64,000 nucleotides of DNA from an uncultured Phycisphaerales bacterium (lineage in GTDB: Bacteria > Planctomycetota > Phycisphaerae > Tepidisphaerales > Tepidisphaeraceae), in contig CAVWVQ010000002.1 of NCBI GenBank assembly GCA_963758525.1, positions 384,001 through 448,000 of the forward strand, read 5' to 3'. How positions within the stretch are numbered: the first letter of the stretch is position 1; the number at the start of each line of letters is the position of its first letter. Both the position numbers and the translations under genes were made by a program. The notes beneath the pieces are model-generated. The model did not search any database. It saw only the letters and a list, made by a program, of their open reading frames with translations, and was not told where the DNA came from. This document shows positions 44,197 through 51,667 of the stretch, piece after piece.

Positions 44197-44407
44197 ATGA
44201 GCTCCAAGGACATCGAAGAGCTTCTCGATCGGAATCCATTTCTTCCGTTCCGCATCTCGCTGACGAGCATCGAGCACGTGGATGTCACCACGCGCCATTC
44301 CGTTGCGGTCGGTCGCGGACAGTTACTCATTGTGCTCCGCGGATGACCGCTGGAAGATGATCCCGCTCCAGCAGATCGCCAGCGTCGAGACATTGCAGGC
44401 GGCGTAA
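44197..44407 (+). CDS. Paralogue of 43948-44163, frameshifted at ~44340
   Basis: Translated by hand: MSSKDIEELLDRNPFLPFRISLTS.../DDRWKMIPLQQIASVETLQAA. Confidence 0.65.
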
Positions 44408-44515
44408 GCCATCGCGACAGTCCGCAGGCAATTTGAGCGTTAACAAACGCAACCGATCAACGGCCTCGCTCGTTTTTTTATGGGCGTAACAATCCGATGT
44501 GACGATACGCAACAT

Positions 44516-44537
44516 GTAGGGCGGGATTCATCCCGCC
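44516..44537. repeat. GTAG-type REP, family B, single copy
   Basis: GTAGGGCGGGATTCATCCCGCC, identical to 54116-54137. Confidence 0.85.
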
Positions 44538-44677
44538 GTTTGACTTGCGAAATGATCTGAATGGCACCTTCCCGATCTTCGAAAGCTTTTCCGAAACCCT
44601 CTCGAGGATGCGGATCATAAGTATCGCTTTCAGGAAGCTTTTAGTGGCGGAAATTCCTGAATTCCCCGGTACAATCC

Positions 44678-45064
44678 ATGCGAATGATCACGAGCCGTCA
44701 AATCTCCGCCCTCACTCGGCAGATCACCGAGCAATTCAGCCCCGAGCAGGTGATTCTGTTCGGGTCCTACGCCTACGGCACCCCAACGCCTGACTCCGAC
44801 GTGGATTTGCTGGTTGTCATGCCATTCGAAGGAAAGCCGGTCGATAAAGCGATTCAGATATTGAGCAAAGTATCGCCCGCGTTTTCGGTCGATCTACTGG
44901 TTCGCACTCCGACGAATCTGAGCTGGCGGCTTGAGCAAGGCGATTTTTTCCTGAGAGAGATCACAGAGAAGGGGAAAGTCTTGTATGAAGCCACTAACCT
45001 CCGAGTGGGTCGCCAAGGCCGAGGGCGACTTTCACAGCGCCGTCCGCGAACTTCGCGCGCGTAA
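44678..45064 (+). CDS. Minimal nucleotidyltransferase (MNT antitoxin)
   Basis: ILFGSYAYG.P..DSDVDLLVV, VDLLV, GKVLYE. Confidence 0.9.
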   Translation: MRMITSRQISALTRQITEQFSPEQVILFGSYAYGTPTPDSDVDLLVVMPFEGKPVDKAIQILSKVSPAFSVDLLVRTPTNLSWRLEQGDFFLREITEKGKVLYEATNLRVGRQGRGRLSQRRPRTSRA

Positions 45065-45374
45065 AGACCCCAATTATGACTCTAGCTGCTTCCACGCGCA
45101 GCAGTGCGTCGAAAAATACCTCAAAGCCTTTTTGCAGGAGGAGGCGATCAAGTTCTCCAAGACGCACAACTTGACGAACTTGCTCACACTGGCCCATCCG
45201 GCGCGTCCAAGCTTAAGTTTGTTGCAGCCTCAAATGACAGCGCTCAACATCTATTCAGTCGACATCCGCTACCCGGGTGAAACCGCCGATAAAGCTGCAG
45301 CAAAAAGCGCTGTAGCTTCCTGTCGTGAAGCCAGGCGAGTGATCAGAACGGCTCTTGGCCTCCCCGCCAAGTGA
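44985..45374 (+). CDS. HEPN domain protein (MNT-HEPN toxin-antitoxin pair)
   Basis: W..KAE.D, CFHAQQCVEKYLKA, KTHNL..L, IRYPG. Confidence 0.92.
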   Translation: MKPLTSEWVAKAEGDFHSAVRELRARKDPNYDSSCFHAQQCVEKYLKAFLQEEAIKFSKTHNLTNLLTLAHPARPSLSLLQPQMTALNIYSVDIRYPGETADKAAAKSAVASCREARRVIRTALGLPAK

Positions 45375-45415
45375 CCCGAAGTTCGTTCTCACCAGAAATC
45401 CGCTATGATGTCCGC

Positions 45416-46042
45416 ATGTCCGAGCAAGACCCAAACGGCAATCCCTCCCCCCCGCCGCAGCCACCGGCCGATGGCCCGAACATTCAGCCGTTTCACCACG
45501 ATCCGGTGAGCGCCCGCGTTCCCGACAAAGTCGCCCGCGGCAGCTTTGCCACCGGCGTGCTCGTGCAGGAAGGGAGCGGCGAGTTTGTCCTCGACTTCGT
45601 GCAGGCGCTGACACGGCCGGCGCTGATTTCCGCGCGCGTCGTGATCGCCCCGCCGGTCATGGCAGCGCTCGTGAACACGTTCCAGGACAACATCGCACGA
45701 TATACCGAGGCATTTGGCCCCCCGCCGACACTTCCCAAGCCGGTTCCACCCGCGCGACCACCGACCACTCAGGAGATTTACGAGAATCTCAAATTGCCGG
45801 AGGACATCCTCAGCGGGGCCTACGCCAACTCCGTCATGATCGGGCATCACCCCGGCGAGTTCTTCCTCGACTTCATCACCCGCTTTTTTCCGACCGCGTC
45901 CGTTTCGTGCCGAATCTACCTCGCCGCCGCACAGGCGCCGAAAGTGCTGGAAACCCTTAACGGCTCTCTCCAGCAGTTCTACCGCCGCCAGCAGGCGCAG
46001 CAACAAAAAACGCCGCCGCAGGCGCCGCCAAATGGCGGGTGA
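45416..46042 (+). CDS. Tandem DUF3467-like protein
   Basis: Two repeats: GSFATGV...EFVLDF and GAYANSV...EFFLDF. Confidence 0.8.
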   Translation: MSEQDPNGNPSPPPQPPADGPNIQPFHHDPVSARVPDKVARGSFATGVLVQEGSGEFVLDFVQALTRPALISARVVIAPPVMAALVNTFQDNIARYTEAFGPPPTLPKPVPPARPPTTQEIYENLKLPEDILSGAYANSVMIGHHPGEFFLDFITRFFPTASVSCRIYLAAAQAPKVLETLNGSLQQFYRRQQAQQQKTPPQAPPNGG

Positions 46043-46061
46043 CACTGAGGGGGAACAGGGC

Positions 46062-47537
46062 ATGAGCATTCGTTTCGCTTGCGCAAGCTGCGGAAAACAG
46101 TTCGTCGCCAAGCCCGAATTGGCGGGGAAGCGGGGCAAGTGCAATCAGTGCGGTGGCCCGATCCAGATTCCGGCGATAACAGCGGGTGATCCTTCCAATC
46201 CCGAAGTTACGCCGGCGGCGAAGGTCCACCGAACGACCAGCCCCAGCGCATCAATGGCGCGGAAACGTTCCTCTTCCACGGCGCCGGTTCCGCGCCAGGC
46301 GGAGCGGACAACTCCTCCGCAGTCTGCTCAACGCATCCTCTGCCCGTCCTGCGGAACACTGCAGTTGCCGACTGAGGCAGCCTGCACTGCCTGCGGATCG
46401 GTTCTCGCATCCCCGGCCGAGGCAAGCTCCGGTCCCCAGCCCTGGTTCAAACGTCCGCCGATCATCATTCCCGCGGCGACGGTCGCGGCCGTTCTTTTTT
46501 TCGTCATCGTCTATTTTGTCATGCAGGCGATTGTCAACCCCAGCCGCAATGCGCATCAAATCGCTTCGGAAAAGACGGGTTCGGCCACGCCCGATACGAC
46601 CACGCCGGATGCAACTGGTGAGCGCCCAGCCCCTTCGGTGGCCGCCAGTACTCCGGGTATTCAGTATTCGCCTCGCCCGGCGCCAAGGCGGATCGCATTT
46701 TTCGACATGTACAAGATGAGAATCAGTGGCAGCGGTCCCGGCTACCCCGTCCAACTCTTCGTCTATATTCCCGCCGAGCAGCATGCCGCGCACGCTCTGC
46801 CCTGCGTGCTGATCGCGCCGGCAGGGTCACGACTGTTTCACGGGATGAGCCTCGCCGAGGGAGATATCCGCGAACACCTGCCGTATGTTCAGGCAGGATT
46901 TGCAGTCTGCGCCTACGAACTTGCCGGACCGGTCGCCACGATGAGCGATCGAGTCGCCTACCGCGACCTGGAGTTGCCTGCTCGAGAATTCGCTCTGGCC
47001 GAGGGCGGAGTTGCCAACGCACAAGCCGCCATCAACTACATCGTTTCGCAGTTTCCGGAAATAGACGCGACGCACCTGTACGCCGCCGGCCACAGTTCGG
47101 CCGCCAACGTCGCGCTCGACGTCGCACTCACAGACCATCGGATCAAGGGCGTCGCCGCATATGCCCCAGCAACAGATGTCGAATCGCGGCTGGCCAGTAC
47201 GTTATCGATACTCAATAAGCTCGTGCCAGGCGAAGCTGAATTCATCGCGCGGATCTCGCCGATCCGGCGTGTCAATGATTTTGCCTGCCCGGTTCTCCTT
47301 TTTCACGCCGACGATGACACCAATGTTCCCACCGCCGACAATCAGAATTTTGCCGATGCCATGACGCGAGCGGGAAAAACGATCCGTTTCATCCGGGTCC
47401 CCGCCGGCGGGCACTACCAATCCATGATTGATCAGGGAATCAATGCGGGGATCGAGTTTTTCAAATCGCTTGGTGCTCAGCCGTTTCCCTCGACGATTCA
47501 GCCGCCAGCTCCGCCGTCGCTGGGCGCACCGCATTGA
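46062..47537 (+). CDS. Zinc-ribbon / TM / alpha-beta hydrolase (S9-like) protein
   Basis: CASCG..GKRGKCNQCG, CPSCG..CTACG, one TM helix, GHSSA nucleophile elbow, DDTNV, GGHY. Confidence 0.8.
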   Translation: MSIRFACASCGKQFVAKPELAGKRGKCNQCGGPIQIPAITAGDPSNPEVTPAAKVHRTTSPSASMARKRSSSTAPVPRQAERTTPPQSAQRILCPSCGTLQLPTEAACTACGSVLASPAEASSGPQPWFKRPPIIIPAATVAAVLFFVIVYFVMQAIVNPSRNAHQIASEKTGSATPDTTTPDATGERPAPSVAASTPGIQYSPRPAPRRIAFFDMYKMRISGSGPGYPVQLFVYIPAEQHAAHALPCVLIAPAGSRLFHGMSLAEGDIREHLPYVQAGFAVCAYELAGPVATMSDRVAYRDLELPAREFALAEGGVANAQAAINYIVSQFPEIDATHLYAAGHSSAANVALDVALTDHRIKGVAAYAPATDVESRLASTLSILNKLVPGEAEFIARISPIRRVNDFACPVLLFHADDDTNVPTADNQNFADAMTRAGKTIRFIRVPAGGHYQSMIDQGINAGIEFFKSLGAQPFPSTIQPPAPPSLGAPH

Positions 47538-47602
47538 ATCTTGTCCCGGCAGAGCCCCTCACTCCGAGTCGCCGGCGCGCCTACGGCCATCGGAGCGGAC
47601 CG

Positions 47603-48784
47603 TTATGCCGCCGCGACGCTCTTCGCCGTGGTGATCCATCGCCGGATGGCATTCGCCTGCCCCTCCCACGCCGACGATGCGCGAATTTTGAGAAATGTCT
47701 CAAACAGCCCGTCAATCGTCTTGCCCAACTCCCGCAGCAGAGCGATGCGCTCCTCGAACAGCACGCGCGGCGTATCCGCCTCAACCTCCGGCAGCTTCGC
47801 AGAGCCAACGGCCATCGACTCCGCTTTCAACGACAGCGTGTACTGCTGCCGCGCCACGTCCAGGATCAATCCCGCCCGCCGAGGAACTTTTCCGCTGCGC
47901 AGCGCAGCCCGTGCCTCCGGCATGCGCGATGGCCCCTGAGCGCGCAGCGAATCGCTCCCGCTCTGTCCATACGCGCAATCCAGATCGAGAAACTTGTCGA
48001 TGAAGATCGTGACGTCGCCGGCAGCTTCGGTGTCGACAATGCTCGTTCGCGCGTCCGCTTCATGCCAGAGCCAGACGAGAAACTCATTGCCGAGAAAATC
48101 CTTGGGCTCTGGTCCTTTGGCGACCCACGGATATTCCGGATATTGGCCCTCTCCCTCGGGCCCGGAAGCGAATCGCGTTGGACGCAAATCTTCGTAATCG
48201 CGACGCTTGCCCTTCGGCTCGAGCAATCGCAAGGCAACCGAGCCCGAAGTCAACGGCGTCAATGTCAGCCCGAACGTCCGCTCGAACAGTTCAGCCAGCT
48301 TCTCGAACACTCCGCCCGACGCGGGGCTGAACAGCACCTGCTGCGACACATCCCACAGTATCGGCGTCACCTTGCTTCGCCGAAACTTGCCTGACCGCAT
48401 CTCCTCCTCGATCTTCCGCCGGACCGTTTCGCGGGCGTCGCGCTTCTGATTCTTGCTGATAAAGCCGGACGGATTGCTCGAAGCGGCCGCCTCTTCCTCC
48501 ATTAACTGATAAGCCTTCTTCAGATCGCCAGGAACCTTGTTCGTGTCCACGCGCATCCCAAAGTGAAGCGCGTCGGCATAGACGTTATTCTCAAAACTGA
48601 AATCGCCGTCCAGAACGTGCCGTCCTCCGTTCCATCCATATTCAACCTCTTCCGGCCGTCCCAGTTCACTGGGGCGAAGCGCACTTTCCGAGAGTTTCTC
48701 CAGCAATCCTTCGTCAATTTGCTTCGGACTCTTTCCTTCTACCGCAAAACGACGAAACGATATCGCTCCAGACGCAAATCCCAT
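47603..48784 (-). CDS. RdgC-like recombination-associated protein
   Basis: SFRRF, EYGW, MRVDTNKVP, LFERTFGL.L, FLGNEFLVWLW, PEARAALRSGKVP. Confidence 0.65.
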   Translation of the reverse strand: MGFASGAISFRRFAVEGKSPKQIDEGLLEKLSESALRPSELGRPEEVEYGWNGGRHVLDGDFSFENNVYADALHFGMRVDTNKVPGDLKKAYQLMEEEAAASSNPSGFISKNQKRDARETVRRKIEEEMRSGKFRRSKVTPILWDVSQQVLFSPASGGVFEKLAELFERTFGLTLTPLTSGSVALRLLEPKGKRRDYEDLRPTRFASGPEGEGQYPEYPWVAKGPEPKDFLGNEFLVWLWHEADARTSIVDTEAAGDVTIFIDKFLDLDCAYGQSGSDSLRAQGPSRMPEARAALRSGKVPRRAGLILDVARQQYTLSLKAESMAVGSAKLPEVEADTPRVLFEERIALLRELGKTIDGLFETFLKIRASSAWEGQANAIRRWITTAKSVAAA

Positions 48785-48940
48785 GTTCCCTTCCGTCAAC
48801 AAACTTAAAACTTCGGATGATCCGACGTAACAGCGCGCTGCTCGAATCACCGTAGCGATCAATCTCGATCAGCGCACACTCCGTAGTGTCATGTATCGCA
48901 TTTGCGGCGATTCCCCCGCGGGCCCCTTTCTCCGCCCACC

Positions 48941-49032
48941 TTATCCACACACTGTCCCCACGCGCGACCGCGGTGACGTTCTATCGCCCCAAAGGGGGCC
49001 ATCGCTCTACTCGCTGTGCGGGGCGTGGGGAA
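48941..49032. promoter_or_regulatory. DnaA boxes upstream of the rdgC-like gene
   Basis: Perfect TTATCCACA at 48941-48949; degenerate CTGTCCCCA at 48952 and TGGGGAAC at 49026. Confidence 0.55.
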
Positions 49033-49050
49033 CGTTTCTCGACATGCTCG

Positions 49051-50001
49051 TCACAGGCGTTCGATCTGCGCGCGCGTCAGCCGCATGTGTTCGGCTGCTC
49101 GATCGACCGTCCCCCGCCGCACGCTGATGAGCTCGGCCGCGATGCTGATCGCGATTTCTGCCGGGGTGACGGCACCGATGCTTAATCCGACCGGAGCATG
49201 CACCCGGGCCAACTGCTCGGTCGACACTCCCTGCTCGCGAAGTTCAGAGAAAATCGTCAGGATCTTGCGTTTCGAGCCGATCAGTCCGATGTACGCGGCC
49301 CGCGATCTCACCACCGCCGCCAGCGCCAGCGCATCGCGGCGGTGCCCGCGCGTCACGATCACCACATAGTGTCGTTCATCGAGCTGCAGCTTGGCCAGCT
49401 CCGTCTCAACAGGCCCGACTCGCAGCATTGCGCCCGGGAAACGCGTCGGCGATGCCATGTCGGGTCGGTCATCGATCACCAGGACGTCGAAATCGATCTG
49501 CACCGCCGCGGCCGCCAGCGCCGCGCCAACGTGCCCGGCGCCGGCAACCACCAGCATCGGCGCGGGCTGCAGGGGAATGGTGAAATGAACGAGTTGATCC
49601 CCTTCGTCCATCACCGCAAATGCCAATTCCGCTGCCAACCCGCTGGCGAGCGCGTCGCGGGCATTTTGGAATGGCGCCGCCTGATCGCGCGTGCTGATCG
49701 TCTGAACGGCAACTTCCATCGTCCCGCCGCACACCAGTCCGTCGTCCCATCCGTGATCGTGATCGAGTTTGAAAGTGAGCAGGCGGCCCGACGGATCTGC
49801 GCTCAGACGCAGCGCCCGCGTTCGCACCTCGGCCTCCACGCATCCCCCGCCGATGGTGCCCAGCGTCTGCCCGTCCGCCAGCACGACCATCATCGCCCCG
49901 GCCTTCTGCGGCGTGCTTCCGCGGGTGCGCACCAATGTGCATACCGCCAGTGATTCACCGCAGTCAGTTCGGGCGACGATCTGGGTCAACAAAGAAAGCA
50001 T
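49051..50001 (-). CDS. xdhC: XdhC/CoxI family Moco-insertion chaperone
   Basis: RGSTPQKAGA, GTIGGGCVE, GLVCGG, GAGHVG, YIGLIGSKRK, TPAEIAISIAAE. Confidence 0.92.
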   Translation of the reverse strand: MLSLLTQIVARTDCGESLAVCTLVRTRGSTPQKAGAMMVVLADGQTLGTIGGGCVEAEVRTRALRLSADPSGRLLTFKLDHDHGWDDGLVCGGTMEVAVQTISTRDQAAPFQNARDALASGLAAELAFAVMDEGDQLVHFTIPLQPAPMLVVAGAGHVGAALAAAAVQIDFDVLVIDDRPDMASPTRFPGAMLRVGPVETELAKLQLDERHYVVIVTRGHRRDALALAAVVRSRAAYIGLIGSKRKILTIFSELREQGVSTEQLARVHAPVGLSIGAVTPAEIAISIAAELISVRRGTVDRAAEHMRLTRAQIERL

Positions 50002-50111
50002 GCCGGCGCCAATCGTAGTTTCTTTCAGATCAGCAGATACATTTTACGCGAGAATTTGCTAATATCGTCCTGCCGTCGCGCGGTTGCAATTTTCAATGTC
50101 TGATCTTTCTT

Positions 50112-50237
50112 CCTTCCTTCATTTCGCTCGCGTTCGGATCTCCCAAGACCGCATGGTCGCGGGAGGCCTGATGATCAACGCACCCAACGGCGAAATCGAG
50201 GAGGCAGGCACTGCCGTCTTTCAGAGGGGCGGCAACC
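50112..50237 (+). promoter_or_regulatory. Structured 5' leader of xdhA (riboswitch candidate)
   Basis: Nested stems ATTTCGCT/GGCGAAAT, GCGTT/AACGC, CTCCC/GGGAG and GACC/GGTC. A separate hairpin TGCCGTCTTT/AGGGGCGGCA covers the RBS. Confidence 0.45.
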
Positions 50238-51665
50238 ATGCGTGATCGAGTCCGCTTCTACCTGAACGGCAAGCCGGCCGAGGTCGCCGGCGATGACGTA
50301 TTCCTCACGCTCTCCGATTTTCTCCGCAGGAGGCGCGGACTGACGGGGACTAAGGTTGTCTGCGCTGAAGGCGATTGCGGATCGTGCGCTGTGTTGATCG
50401 GACGACCCGATGGCAATGCGATTCGCTACTCTGCCACGACGTCCTGCATACAAATCCTTTTTCAGCTGGATGCCGCGCATGTCGTCACCGTCGAGGGCTT
50501 GCGAGATGGGCAAGCCCTGAATCCGATTCAACAGGCGATGGTCTCCTGCCAGGGAACACAGTGCGGCTTCTGCACCCCCGGATTCATCGTCTCGCTCCAG
50601 GCGATGATGAATGACGGAGAGCCGATCGATGCCCACGCGGTGCGCCGGGGGCTGACTGGGAATCTGTGCCGGTGCACGGGCTACGACTCGATTGTGCAGG
50701 CGGCACTCGCGACGGACCGCGAGGCTCTGAAATCGGTCGATCAACTCTACCCGCCCCTCGACATCCTTGAAGACCTCGAGGCGCTTGCCGGGGAAGAGGT
50801 GCGGATCACCACCAATTCGCGCCGCTTTTATAAGCCGGTCATTATTCCGCAGGCAACGCGTTTCCGGGCAGATCATCCGAATTGTTTCGTAGTCTCCGGG
50901 GCCACCGATCTTGGTGTCGTCTACAACAAGAAACTGATCGAGATCAACGTGGCCATGAGCCTTACGGGCATTGCTTCGCTCAAGCAGGTGCGCCTCGATC
51001 ACGACGCGATGCATCTTGGCGGCGGAGTGACGCTGGCGACGCTCGAATCGCTCTCTCGAATCCATCTGCCCGAATTGGGACGCTTCATGCAATGGTTCGG
51101 GTCTTTGCTGATCCGCAATTCGGGGACCATCGCCGGCAATCTCGTGACCGGATCTCCCATCGGCGACACGCTCCCGGCAATGATTGTGCTTGGCGCCGAA
51201 GTCGAGCTGACGGGTCTTGACGGTGCGCGACGCGTTCCCATTCGCGACTTCTATACCGGCTATCGCAAGACGGTTCTCGCCGCCGACGAGCTGGTGACGG
51301 CTGTCACGATTCCGCTGCTGGGCGACATGCAAACTCTCAAACTATATAAGGTTTCCCGCCGCAAGGATCTGGACATCTCCAGTTTTGGAGCGGCCATCTG
51401 GATGCAGCGGTCAAACGGGATCGTGGATGATATTCGCATCGCGTTCGGCGGTGTCGGTCCGATGGTGCTGCGCCTGCCAAAAACCGAAGCGCTGCTGCGC
51501 GGCCAGCCCCCGACGCTGGAGCGGTTCGAGCAGGCCGGCGAAACCGCGCGGCAGGAGGTCACGCCAATCAATGACGTCCGCGGCTCGGCGGAATACCGTA
51601 GAATGCTTGCCGAGAATATTCTCCCAAAGTTCTGGCATGAAGTAATCGGTACGCAGACACTTTAA
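50238..51665 (+). CDS. xdhA: Xanthine dehydrogenase small subunit (2Fe-2S + FAD)
   Basis: GTKVVCAEGDCGSC, QCGFCTPGF, GNLCRCTGY, IRNSGTIAGN, YKVSRR..DIS. Confidence 0.95.
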   Translation: MRDRVRFYLNGKPAEVAGDDVFLTLSDFLRRRRGLTGTKVVCAEGDCGSCAVLIGRPDGNAIRYSATTSCIQILFQLDAAHVVTVEGLRDGQALNPIQQAMVSCQGTQCGFCTPGFIVSLQAMMNDGEPIDAHAVRRGLTGNLCRCTGYDSIVQAALATDREALKSVDQLYPPLDILEDLEALAGEEVRITTNSRRFYKPVIIPQATRFRADHPNCFVVSGATDLGVVYNKKLIEINVAMSLTGIASLKQVRLDHDAMHLGGGVTLATLESLSRIHLPELGRFMQWFGSLLIRNSGTIAGNLVTGSPIGDTLPAMIVLGAEVELTGLDGARRVPIRDFYTGYRKTVLAADELVTAVTIPLLGDMQTLKLYKVSRRKDLDISSFGAAIWMQRSNGIVDDIRIAFGGVGPMVLRLPKTEALLRGQPPTLERFEQAGETARQEVTPINDVRGSAEYRRMLAENILPKFWHEVIGTQTL

Positions 51666-51667
51666 CC

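Noticed and set aside
50167..50196. Hammerhead ribozyme core (CTGATGA...CGAAA)
   Set aside because: The sequence between the two core motifs cannot form stem II.
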